A stretch of DNA of 25,189 nucleotides, taken from a virus. Taxonomy: Duplodnaviria > Caudoviricetes. The stretch covers positions 1 through 25,189 of IMG/VR virus record IMGVR_UViG_3300032303_002449; one strand, 5' to 3'. The translations under genes were made by a program, and so were the position numbers. Shown here in pieces: positions 10,801 to 19,240 of this stretch (its first letter is position 1; each line of letters starts with the position of its first letter). Under the pieces are notes generated by a model. That model was not told the origin of the DNA and did no database searches. It saw nothing but the letters and a program-made list of their open reading frames with translations.

Positions 10801-12609
10801 AATTTTAGTAGATCTTTAGCACCTTATAGTAGTTCATTACAAAATATATCTTCAAGTATATCATCTTCAGGGTTGTTATATACAGTAGGTACTTATGGTA
10901 CGTTATCAGGTAATGCAAAACCAAAAATGCCTGATTATAATGACTTTATACATTCCGATTTTAACGTAATGTTAAATAATGTATCTACTAGTTTATATTC
11001 AACATCAAGAAAAACATTAGAAATATCAGGTAGTTCTCAAATGATTGGAAGTGGATCATATCCATTATTAGTAACAGCTTCATTACAAGATTCTTATTTA
11101 TCATTATCTTCATATATACTACCACGTTATAGTGGCTCTAAAACATACAGTGTTAAATACAATACATACACTAATGGAGATAAATCATATGGTAAAACAG
11201 CAGCAATTGATAGATATGTTAGAAAATTTGGTTTATTTACTCAAGTTGTAAGTAGTTCATTCTTTGATAGTCGTAACTTAGTTGCTCTAAAATATCTAGT
11301 AGATGAAAGTGGTAGTTTAACTGAATTAAGTCAAACACCTACTTCAAGTATAGATAGTAATTGGTCTGAAGTTCAAAATATATTCAAATTAGGTTCTATA
11401 CCTACTGTTGCTTTATTTGATAATCAACAATATGGAGATCAGAAAAAAACAGATGGTCCTAAATCAGTATTTGATAGTGGATATTCGTATTATCCAACAT
11501 TGTATTATAGTGGATCTGATCAAAAATTATATTTTAGATATGTTGGAGTAGGTACTTCAATTTTATTCCGTAGTAATAATAATAATGGATTTATAAATGG
11601 GGGACCAACTAATCAATATGCTCCTAGTGGTGGGTTTGTATATAACGCCTTTAATAATATTGATGGTACGTTTGAGGGCCGTGCTTACTATAATTTAGGT
11701 GTTACTGGAAGTTTCCCTTTTTATTCAGCATCACAGAATATTACTATGGACTTTTCAGCAAACTTTGGTGTTAATATTCAGTTTGGTTCTTTCCCACAAA
11801 GTGCTTCCTATGTTTTTAGTATAGTTTCAGGAAGTACAACGTTAGCTTCTCAAACAAAAACATTCACATCATCTTTAGGAAATTTATCCTCAGTACTTGA
11901 TTTTAATGTAACTAGTTCTTATACTAACTTTAACCCTGGAGACAAAATATTTTTTAGACTATTACAATCAGTATCTACAGGATCTTATACAGCATCTTTA
12001 CTTAACACCGGGGACCTAACTCCATATACAGGATTAAGAAATTCAATATCAACAGCAACTACCGGTATAAATCCGTTTGCTACTAGCTCTGCTGCTCCTT
12101 TTATATCATCTTCCAATGGTACTGATACATTATTTTTAAACGAAAGCTTATCTAGTTTTAAAGATTATTTATATTTATCTCAAACTAGTTCTGCTGACTT
12201 GCATACAACATATGGTAATGTAGATTATACTTTTTCACCTAAGGTTGGAGATGTGATTCTTCTTTATTATAATAATAATACTCAAGTACAAGAACTTAAT
12301 GTAGTAACAGCTGGTATTATTCCGAACGGTTCGGTGTTTGCTATTAAAGTATCACCTAATTTAGTAAGTACTTTATCGGTATCTTCTTATACTAGTAGTA
12401 CAATAAATAAACTACTACTATTATCCAAAATACCAGATGAGACTAATATTAATTTGGCTTTTGATAAAGAAGATGGTACTACATCATATGGATTTGTAAT
12501 ACCTGACAATTTATCACCAGACGTATTAAAAAATATTGATACAATAACTAGACAGGTCAAAACAAAAATATTATCAACTAACCAAGGAATAACAATAAAT
12601 ACCGTTTAA
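7888..12609 (+). CDS. Large baseplate wedge protein (T4 gp7/P2 GpI-like core), 1573 aa
   Basis: Core FLNMMGQFFDNIW...YKRIYHNLPLLLQRKGTVAGLRTLLSTFG matches the KGT..GL..LL..FG wedge motif; MLEDYVPART downstream; S/T/N-rich beta regions. Confidence 0.72.
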   Translation: MADNIKIVGSILSTSQVSRYETDDLRLITSLNIKKNFDPFNDYIEYYVYDITSNPLEDNYNYRSYKLPTNESLNPGTTPDLNTTNQTATGAQVGSVSNLSTTSSTYPIIEIDPVQDLQNLGYSSGEFKVQYNIFRNKISSYPSAELFIKEISPDRTEIRVGSVVLTNDQIETGSLALIESYTTSSIFDPFLLNFGNNIQELVTNIVLNKVDTGYEILFKLYNTLDDSITEKSSLWVIEEISTPYVFDINLDAILSAPTGSTLRGPNFSNLSRFGLNSTDGPYENQFANDQEGLFKLNNSQSIDININYGGNGSGESGFSSFVTFGSALSRVYNFYTKIQQIENYNNLISQYPTYNLISGSFSGSFSSSLQSEINTLSSSINSIISNFDGFENYLYFESGSLVSTTQYGITPFPKSGSYKPYVLLNTTSSTVGIWYASSSLNAEDYDLNNVDYFKYSVPGYVVDNPDNANYVTFLNMMGQFFDNIWIYIKTIPEINLANNNLEIGISKDLVYNMLQSLGVSVFNSFGNQSIADYLLGANTGSASYNSYLTDFSATGSYINNISKKDILAESYKRIYHNLPLLLQRKGTVAGLRTLLSTFGIPNQDSYTVISGSFSSSYYTPTGSIITSSVLNIKEYGGSTTKGLLAGYNNDKVRIINNVTASIAGTFGSVLSPYTSILQYTTASSNFRTADQHYVDISFSPQTQLDTYVSKSIASVNTNWSIDNYIGNPQQLYSGSYSDLDNQRKIYFVNGTGSYAGFTGSLLDYNGFIRLIQFFDNSMFKMLEDYVPARTSLSTGVTINSPVLERNKWSYAQPNASNEIEKDGSIVAPIFESVYDPFYYDLSGSKVSYINGEIPGSEINIYDDYFIASNKNPYLGNLQYTSSNAFQPQVSSSNPFPVFGYKFIYETSASLANIFIPEVTSSFTSSASTQSLSINNITFVVTASNLTNTSNIIYVPTGSTTANTIQNISVALNFSRSLAPYSSSLQNISSSISSSGLLYTVGTYGTLSGNAKPKMPDYNDFIHSDFNVMLNNVSTSLYSTSRKTLEISGSSQMIGSGSYPLLVTASLQDSYLSLSSYILPRYSGSKTYSVKYNTYTNGDKSYGKTAAIDRYVRKFGLFTQVVSSSFFDSRNLVALKYLVDESGSLTELSQTPTSSIDSNWSEVQNIFKLGSIPTVALFDNQQYGDQKKTDGPKSVFDSGYSYYPTLYYSGSDQKLYFRYVGVGTSILFRSNNNNGFINGGPTNQYAPSGGFVYNAFNNIDGTFEGRAYYNLGVTGSFPFYSASQNITMDFSANFGVNIQFGSFPQSASYVFSIVSGSTTLASQTKTFTSSLGNLSSVLDFNVTSSYTNFNPGDKIFFRLLQSVSTGSYTASLLNTGDLTPYTGLRNSISTATTGINPFATSSAAPFISSSNGTDTLFLNESLSSFKDYLYLSQTSSADLHTTYGNVDYTFSPKVGDVILLYYNNNTQVQELNVVTAGIIPNGSVFAIKVSPNLVSTLSVSSYTSSTINKLLLLSKIPDETNINLAFDKEDGTTSYGFVIPDNLSPDVLKNIDTITRQVKTKILSTNQGITINTV

Positions 12610-12625
12610 AAATCAATACTTTAAT

Positions 12626-12634
12626 ATATTTATA
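12626..12634 (+). promoter_or_regulatory. ATATTTATA motif, putative late promoter
   Basis: Exact motif in the 46-nt gap, 21 nt upstream of ATG 12656. Confidence 0.65.
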
Positions 12635-12655
12635 GTATATACAACATAAAGAACT

Positions 12656-13321
12656 ATGGCAATTTTAAATCCTACATTTGTAACAGTAGATGCAATATTA
12701 ACCACTAAGGGCCGTGAATTATTGGCTCGTAATGATGGTTCATTTCAAATTACACAATTTTCACTAGCTGATGATGAGATTGATTATACCTTATATAATC
12801 CAAATCACCCATCAGGATCTGCTTACTATGGTGAAGCAATTGAAAATATGCCTGTAATTGAAGCATATCCAGACGATTCGCAAATAATGCGTTATAAGTT
12901 AGTAACTTTACCTCGTGGTACATCACGTTTGCCAGTAATAAATGTTGGTTATACTAGCATTACTTTACGTCAAGGTGCTTCATTAACAATAACTCCACAA
13001 ACACTTAACTATTTAGGTGCTACAAGTACATTTGAAGCAAATGGATATATTGTAACTGTTTCTGATTCAAGATTATTATCCTCATTTGCAGGAACAGGTA
13101 TCGCAGTAACAACACCAGGAATTACAGGTTTGAATACAACTTCAGGTGCTGTATTGTCATCAAGCCAAATTGGTACTTCATTTACAATAACAGGTACTAC
13201 AATTAATACTTTATTTGGATCTAGTTTGTCTACCTTAACAACTACACTTACCGTTATTGGTAGAGATAGTGGTGCTAGAATTACTATACCTTTAAACATC
13301 CAAAAAGTAGCCACAGTTTAA
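12656..13321 (+). CDS. Baseplate/tail structural protein; N-terminus resembles the start of DUF3751 tail-collar fibre domains
   Basis: DAILTTKGRELLA...FQITQFSLADDEIDY resembles the ILT..G...LA....IT.MA.GD start of tail-collar proteins; T/S-rich beta C-terminus. Confidence 0.55.
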   Translation: MAILNPTFVTVDAILTTKGRELLARNDGSFQITQFSLADDEIDYTLYNPNHPSGSAYYGEAIENMPVIEAYPDDSQIMRYKLVTLPRGTSRLPVINVGYTSITLRQGASLTITPQTLNYLGATSTFEANGYIVTVSDSRLLSSFAGTGIAVTTPGITGLNTTSGAVLSSSQIGTSFTITGTTINTLFGSSLSTLTTTLTVIGRDSGARITIPLNIQKVATV

Positions 13322-13334
13322 AATAATATAAACA

Positions 13335-14315
13335 ATGTCATTTACAAGATACAATACAGAAGATTCAGTAGTAAGCGCCGAAACAGTAGTGCGTGGTTTA
13401 TGGAGTGGAGATAACTACACCTTAAATACATTTTTTACATCTAGTACTTATACAGAATACTATGTAGATGTTTTTGATAGTAATTTTAACACTTCAACAT
13501 CAGCTTCAGTTCAGTTTAGTTTACAATTTGGACAAGTAAGTGGATCAGGTTCAGCTCCTATCAATAGTGCTGTAGTTGGTTACTCACCATCTCGCGTTGT
13601 ATATGGTCAATATAGAAATTTAGTTTACGGTACTGAAACAACAAACTTTAGCTTCGATGGTGGTTCAACTACATCAAATGCTATTTATGTTATTAATATT
13701 TCTAGAGCTCGTTATAAAGAATCTTTATTACCTGGTTCTCTAAATATGACTTTAGCAGGAAGAAGTGGATCCTTTGTTTACACAGATGATAGTGGTACTA
13801 CAAACTTAACTCGTTTTGTAGGTGAAAATAGATATTATAATATTATTAGCGGAAGTAATGGTTCTTATTTCACATCAGGAACTCCAACCAAATATTATGG
13901 TTTATTCTTCCCAGATTTAGATATTATTGTTTTAGATGCTAATGCATTAACAGGAAGTTTAACACCAGGTATTTCTTATAGTACTTCAACTTCAACAGTT
14001 TATAATAACTTAAATATTTGGAGAGCATTAGTTTCTGGTTCTAATTTTCAAATGAAATCATCTGAAACTATATCAGCACGTTATTTCTTTACACGTATTA
14101 AAAATAGTGAATATAATTATACTACAAACCCATCTGTAATAGATGAAAATGGTAATTTATTATATACAACATTGATTAACAATCCACAAACATACATTAC
14201 AACAGTAGGTATGTACAATGACAATAGCGAATTATTAGCAGTAGCTAAATTATCAAAACCATTAGTAAAAGATTTTACTAAAGAGGCATTAATCAGAGTG
14301 AAGTTAGATTACTAA
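13335..14315 (+). CDS. Baseplate/tail structural protein with DUF3751-like C-terminal motif
   Basis: C-terminal TYITTVGMYNDNSELLAVAKLSKPLVK resembles the I.E.GL.D..G.L.AVA..P..K end of tail-collar domains. Confidence 0.6.
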   Translation: MSFTRYNTEDSVVSAETVVRGLWSGDNYTLNTFFTSSTYTEYYVDVFDSNFNTSTSASVQFSLQFGQVSGSGSAPINSAVVGYSPSRVVYGQYRNLVYGTETTNFSFDGGSTTSNAIYVINISRARYKESLLPGSLNMTLAGRSGSFVYTDDSGTTNLTRFVGENRYYNIISGSNGSYFTSGTPTKYYGLFFPDLDIIVLDANALTGSLTPGISYSTSTSTVYNNLNIWRALVSGSNFQMKSSETISARYFFTRIKNSEYNYTTNPSVIDENGNLLYTTLINNPQTYITTVGMYNDNSELLAVAKLSKPLVKDFTKEALIRVKLDY

Positions 14316-14321
14316 TCATGT

Positions 14322-16577
14322 ATGTCATCATTCAAACAACTAAACAAATCAGACGTTACGCATGTTGCTTATGCAGCTAATAAGCAATGGGATATACCTT
14401 TTTGTATATATCCTTCTTCTGACGAATATGTAACTATTTATAAAGGAACTAATGTAACAGGCACTTTTGACTTTACAATGGATCCTGTAACTGAAGGCCA
14501 ATATGAACGTTTAGTTTATGATCAAATTAATCATTTATTTTACCACTCTTTTAGTGGTTCTTTTTTAGATACATCTTCTCTTGCTAATTCATTTCTATAT
14601 GAATCTGCCTCTCAAAACTATGCCACAGCATCATACTTTGTTTATGATGAAAATCCAAACATAATTTTAAATTTTCCAACGGCCTCTAATGCAGGTATTC
14701 GTGTATTAGCTGTTAATCAAGATATATATGGTAGTAAACTTTTACCATACAATTTCTTATTATCATCATCCGCTTACTATATAACAGATGATGGTAATGG
14801 TAATTTATTTAATACTGGAAGTATTCATGTTGGTAATATATTTTATCCACAAGGACTAGCAGTAATAACTAATCAAGATTACCAAGGAATTTTTCCATTA
14901 CCTCCATTAGCTGTTGCTGATATCATTAATGTTAAGGCAAGTGATTATTCTAAAACGGGAAGTGCAAGTGTATTAGCTAATGATATAGCTCGATCTGGAA
15001 CTATACTTACAGGCTCCGCAATAATATCAGGTAGTATTGAGCAATTACATATTATAGAATTAAATGGAAATAATGTACCTAGAATGTATGCAACTACTTC
15101 TATAAGTTCTAGATCAGCCATTACAGAAGGAACTGTAACTACAGACAATATTAAGTTTTTTTCTGAAGGTATTTATGAAGCTTATTATACAGTAAGCTCA
15201 TCAATAACTAGTGATTGTGGAAATGCTATTATTAAAAGTAATAAAACTTTAATTAGATTTAATGTACAACCAGCAGATTGTGATTTTAGTTATGAAGTAG
15301 TATTTATTCCACCAACACCTACACCAACAGTAACAAATACTTCTACAGTTACACCAACTATAACTTCAACTCTTACTCAGACACCAACTAATACAATTAC
15401 TCAAACAATTACTCAAACAATTACTCAAACAATAACTAATACTTTAACACCAACCCAAACAATAACTAATACTTTAACACCAACTAATACAATTACTCAA
15501 ACACCAACTAATACAATAACACAAACCCAAACACCAACACAAACTATAACACGTACACAAACAGGTACTCCTGCAGTCACACCTTCCCAAACAGGTACTC
15601 CTGCAGTAACGCCGTCAAATACACCACCTGTTACACGTACACAAACAGCTACTCCTGCAGTAACACCGTCAAATACACCACCTGTTACACGTACACAAAC
15701 AGGCACTCCTGCAATAACACCGTCAAATACACCACCAGTAACACCATCAAATACAGCTACTCCTGCCGTTACACCTTCAAATACATCTACTCCTGCAGTT
15801 ACACCATCATCAACCCCACCTGTTACACCTTCAAACACAGGCACTCCTGCAGTAACACCATCATCAACACCTGCAGTTACACCTTCACAAACAGGTACTC
15901 CTGCATCAACACCGGCATCAACACCTGCATCAACACCTGCATCTACTCCTGCATCAACACCTGCATCTACTCCTGCAGTAACAAGTACACCTGCTGTTAC
16001 AAGTACACCTAGCTACTTATACTACGAAATCAGGCAATGTATCGGTGGTGGAACAACCCATATAATGAGGCCAACAGACGTTACACCTGTTGTTGGTGGG
16101 GTATATAAAGTATATGCACCTACATACTTAGGAACCATGAATGGTTATAATTGTTGGGAAGTAATTGCCGGATGGAATACTGGTTTAGATGATGATGCAC
16201 AATTTGGAACTAATTATGGAAATTGTGCATCATGTCCTACTACATATAACATACAATGGAGTTGGGTTAATAACAATGGTAATGGTGGGTATTTACAGAT
16301 TTTAGTAAATGGTACTCAAGTAGTATATGAAAATGGAGCAAATAATAGTAATTCATTTAACATATCACCAGGTGATTATATAAATGTGAATACTTATGCA
16401 TACGCTAATACTTTTATAGGATCTGAAGCTTGTTTATATGTTGAAAATCCACAAGGTACATTAATATATGGAAACTGTGATACTCAATATAACCCTGGAT
16501 CTCCTTCAAGTAATTATTATGGTCCTTATTACCCTACAGCAAATGGAGCAATTGCTGCACAAGTTAATGAAGTATAA
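14322..16577 (+). CDS. Multidomain virion protein: baseplate N-domain, Ig/cadherin-like domain, ~235-aa Thr/Pro mucin-like stalk, Cys-containing and beta-sandwich tip
   Basis: N-part is similar to the 13335 protein (LLP, TDD.G, G.IFYP.GL.VI). PPLAVAD...SVLAND...YTV...SN fits a Big_9/cadherin-like pattern. PT tract at 15309-16013. C-terminal CIGGG..NCW..NCASC. Confidence 0.75.
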   Translation: MSSFKQLNKSDVTHVAYAANKQWDIPFCIYPSSDEYVTIYKGTNVTGTFDFTMDPVTEGQYERLVYDQINHLFYHSFSGSFLDTSSLANSFLYESASQNYATASYFVYDENPNIILNFPTASNAGIRVLAVNQDIYGSKLLPYNFLLSSSAYYITDDGNGNLFNTGSIHVGNIFYPQGLAVITNQDYQGIFPLPPLAVADIINVKASDYSKTGSASVLANDIARSGTILTGSAIISGSIEQLHIIELNGNNVPRMYATTSISSRSAITEGTVTTDNIKFFSEGIYEAYYTVSSSITSDCGNAIIKSNKTLIRFNVQPADCDFSYEVVFIPPTPTPTVTNTSTVTPTITSTLTQTPTNTITQTITQTITQTITNTLTPTQTITNTLTPTNTITQTPTNTITQTQTPTQTITRTQTGTPAVTPSQTGTPAVTPSNTPPVTRTQTATPAVTPSNTPPVTRTQTGTPAITPSNTPPVTPSNTATPAVTPSNTSTPAVTPSSTPPVTPSNTGTPAVTPSSTPAVTPSQTGTPASTPASTPASTPASTPASTPASTPAVTSTPAVTSTPSYLYYEIRQCIGGGTTHIMRPTDVTPVVGGVYKVYAPTYLGTMNGYNCWEVIAGWNTGLDDDAQFGTNYGNCASCPTTYNIQWSWVNNNGNGGYLQILVNGTQVVYENGANNSNSFNISPGDYINVNTYAYANTFIGSEACLYVENPQGTLIYGNCDTQYNPGSPSSNYYGPYYPTANGAIAAQVNEV
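15309..16013 (+). repeat. In-frame nested tandem repeats encoding a mucin-like Thr/Pro/Ser tract
   Basis: ACAATTACTCAA x3 (15393-15428); 30-bp unit x2 (15426-15485); 54-bp unit x2 plus a partial copy (15597-15743); TPAS-coding 12-bp unit x6 (15897-15968). Confidence 0.95.
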
Positions 16578-16587
16578 TTTAGAAGTA

Positions 16588-16619
16588 TTTGGATATTAAA
16601 TAAAAATTAGTTATATTAT
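16588..16619 (+). promoter_or_regulatory. Putative Bacteroidota sigma-A-like promoter (TTTG-N20-TATATTat) for the glycan cassette
   Basis: TTTG at 16588-16591, 20-nt spacer, TATATTAT at 16612-16619. Same geometry as the primase promoter, but the last two bases deviate from TAnnTTTG. Confidence 0.45.
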
Positions 16620-16623
16620 AGTT

Positions 16624-17874
16624 ATGAGTAAGATTTATATTTCTATAGCATCCTATAGAGACCCACAATTATTGCCTACAATACACGATTGCATTAAAAA
16701 TGCAGATCATCCTGAAAATTTAGTATTTGGTATTGCATGGCAACATGCTGAAGAAGATGCTTGGGATAATTTAGATGAATTTAAGGATGATACTCGTTTT
16801 AGAATTATCGACATCACCCATAGTGATTCTAAAGGTGCATGTTGGGCTCGCAACCAATGTCATCAACATTATAATGGTGAAGAATTTTATTTACAATTAG
16901 ACTCACACCACCGCTTTATTGAAGGGTGGGATACTGAGTGTATCAAGATGATTAAGCAACTACAAAAGAAAGGACATAAAAAACCATTACTAACCTCTTA
17001 TATTCCTTCATTCGACCCAGACAATGATCCTGAAGGACGTGTTATGGAACCTTGGTGGATGACTTTTGATAGATTTATTCCTGAGGGAGCTATATTTTTT
17101 CTACCTGCAACTATACCTAATTGGAAAAAATTAAAATCACCTATACCATCTAGATTCCTATCAGCTCACTTTATTTTTACTTTAGGACAATGGTGTACTG
17201 AAGTACCGTATGATCCTGAATATTATTTCCACGGTGAGGAAATTTCATTAGCTGTTCGTTCATATACTTGGGGTTATGATTTATTTCATCCTCATAAAGT
17301 AATTGCTTGGCACGAATACACTCGTAAAGGTAGAACTAAACAATGGGATGATGATAAAGAGTGGGGGAATAGAAATAGCCATTGTCACAAACGTAATAGA
17401 GCTTTATTTGCTGTAGATGGAGAATGTAGATGTGATATTGAATTTGGACCTTATGATTTTGGTACTGAACGAACCTTATTCCAATATGAAGCATATGCCG
17501 GTATTAGATTTAGAGATAGATCAGTTCAACAATACACTAGGGATAATAACATAGCACCTAACCCAGTTATTGTATCTCCTCTTGATTATGAAATTTCATT
17601 TTTATCAATATTTAAACATTGTATTGATATTGATTATAAAAAAGTACCTTTAGATGATTACGATTTTTGGTGTGTTGCTTTTGAAAATGAACAAGGAGAA
17701 ACCATTTATAGACAAGATGCCCAATCTGATGAGATAAAAAAGATCAAAAACGATCCTGATGGTTATGGAAAAGTATGGAGAGAATTTCCAACCCACCAAA
17801 AACCAGTAAAATGGGTGGTATGGCCTTATTCTACATCTCAAGGATGGTGTGATAAAATAGAAGGAAACTTATAA
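16624..17874 (+). CDS. GT60-family polypeptide/hydroxyproline alpha-N-acetylglucosaminyltransferase (GlcNAc-transferase family) with extra C-terminal domain
   Basis: IYISIASYRD, SKGACWAR, YLQLDSHHRF..WD (DxH), LLTSY, SAHFIF, EVPYDP..YF.GEEI.LAVR.YTWGYDLF.P...IAWHEY motifs. Confidence 0.88.
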   Translation: MSKIYISIASYRDPQLLPTIHDCIKNADHPENLVFGIAWQHAEEDAWDNLDEFKDDTRFRIIDITHSDSKGACWARNQCHQHYNGEEFYLQLDSHHRFIEGWDTECIKMIKQLQKKGHKKPLLTSYIPSFDPDNDPEGRVMEPWWMTFDRFIPEGAIFFLPATIPNWKKLKSPIPSRFLSAHFIFTLGQWCTEVPYDPEYYFHGEEISLAVRSYTWGYDLFHPHKVIAWHEYTRKGRTKQWDDDKEWGNRNSHCHKRNRALFAVDGECRCDIEFGPYDFGTERTLFQYEAYAGIRFRDRSVQQYTRDNNIAPNPVIVSPLDYEISFLSIFKHCIDIDYKKVPLDDYDFWCVAFENEQGETIYRQDAQSDEIKKIKNDPDGYGKVWREFPTHQKPVKWVVWPYSTSQGWCDKIEGNL

Positions 17875-17893
17875 TTATAAATAAAAAAAGATT

Positions 17894-18514
17894 ATGGACA
17901 GAACAAGATTTGGTGTTAAAGAAGACTGGTGGGATGAAGATTTAAGATATAATTATTCCTTAAATCAAGACTCAATAGTATTTGATTTAGGGGGTTATCA
18001 TGGCCTTTTTTCTAAACAAATATATAATAGATACAAATGTAATATACATACATTTGAACCAATAGATTATCTATATGATATCTGCCATCAGGAATTAAAG
18101 GATTTAAATAAAGTAAAACTCTATCGTAAAGTTTTAGGTGATAAAAATGATACTGTGAATTTTTATGTCGCTGGAGATGCTTCATCAATTTATATGGCAT
18201 GGGGACAGGTTAAAAATGAAAATTCATGTGCTGAAATGGTTCCTATTGATAGTTATATGGCTGATGAAAACATATATGAAATAGATTTATTAAAAATGAA
18301 TATTGAGGGTGCCGAATATTATTTATTAGAATATATGATAAATAAAGGAATATTAACAAAATTTAAAAATATTCAAATTCAATTTCATGAAAATTCGGTA
18401 GATAATTGGAAAGAAAGATATAATAAAATAACTGAGGCTCTTAGTCTTACTCATTTTTTAACATACAAGTTTGAATTTAAATTTGAAAACTGGCAATTAA
18501 AAGACAATTTATAA
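17894..18514 (+). CDS. FkbM-family SAM-dependent O-methyltransferase
   Basis: VFDLGGYHG, HTFEP, IDLLKMNIEGAEY and IQIQFH motifs. Confidence 0.9.
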   Translation: MDRTRFGVKEDWWDEDLRYNYSLNQDSIVFDLGGYHGLFSKQIYNRYKCNIHTFEPIDYLYDICHQELKDLNKVKLYRKVLGDKNDTVNFYVAGDASSIYMAWGQVKNENSCAEMVPIDSYMADENIYEIDLLKMNIEGAEYYLLEYMINKGILTKFKNIQIQFHENSVDNWKERYNKITEALSLTHFLTYKFEFKFENWQLKDNL

Positions 18515-19240
18515 ATGCTCAGTAATACTAAAAAATATATAATAAATTTAAAAAAAAGACCTAATAGATTAGAACATATAATAAAAGAAATGAATTATAT
18601 GGAATTTAATTTTGAGGTTTTTGAGGGAATTGAAAGAGACTCTCATGAAGGTTGTGCTTTATCCCATATTGAAATAATTAAAAAGGCAAAAGAACAAAAT
18701 TTAGATAAAGTTATTGTTATGGAAGATGATATATTTTTTATGCCTTACGCTAAATCTTTATTAGCTGATTTAGAAAATATTTTAAAAACAATTGACTATA
18801 AAGTCTTAAATTTAAATATGTCTATTCATAGACCTTTAAATATTTCAAGTATATCAAACTTATTATTAGATCTTACACACCTTCCACCTAAAGATGAAAG
18901 TATTCATCGAGGCATATTTGGTACAGGGTTTATGGTTTATACAAAAGATATGTACGATGAGATTTATAAGTATAATCCATTATATGCTATTGATGAATTT
19001 TTATCTGAACACATTTACCCAAAATATCAAAGTTATAGTACCATCTTACCACTCTGTTGTCAATTAAATAATCAATCAGATGTTTCAGGTGGCTTTTATA
19101 ATAATTTTCTTACCCAATCATATAATTGGAATGTTTATACACCAATAAAATTACCTACATCATATATGGAACAAGATAATGTTATTAAAATTAGAAATAA
19201 CAATGATATTAACTATAAAAGTATTTTAAATGAAAATTAA
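18515..19240 (+). CDS. Glycosyltransferase family 25
   Basis: YIINLKKRPNR, FEGI, GCALSH and VIVMEDD motifs. Confidence 0.88.
   Translation: MLSNTKKYIINLKKRPNRLEHIIKEMNYMEFNFEVFEGIERDSHEGCALSHIEIIKKAKEQNLDKVIVMEDDIFFMPYAKSLLADLENILKTIDYKVLNLNMSIHRPLNISSISNLLLDLTHLPPKDESIHRGIFGTGFMVYTKDMYDEIYKYNPLYAIDEFLSEHIYPKYQSYSTILPLCCQLNNQSDVSGGFYNNFLTQSYNWNVYTPIKLPTSYMEQDNVIKIRNNNDINYKSILNEN

Noticed and set aside
469-14315. Bacterial extracellular contractile injection system or T6SS rather than phage
   Set aside because: An adjacent phage-type primase and GIY-YIG gene, T4-like gp6/gp7 sizes, late-promoter motifs and the absence of host genes favour a phage genome.
15497-15844. Minus-strand G/V-rich repeat ORF (GVTAGV...)
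   Set aside because: It is simply the antisense reading of the Thr/Pro codon repeats.
15309-16013. Possible CRISPR array or DGR template/variable repeat
   Set aside because: Units are contiguous, in-frame multiples of 3 with no unique spacers. There is no adenine-specific mismatch pair and no cas or reverse transcriptase gene in the window.
52-18200. Minus-strand ORFs in the track (52-396, 2738-2974, 3553-3855, 8427-8669, 10542-10775, 13009-13314, 14945-15148, 17650-17841, 18012-18200)
   Set aside because: All lie antisense to longer, better-supported + strand genes and show no recognisable motifs; they are shadow ORFs.
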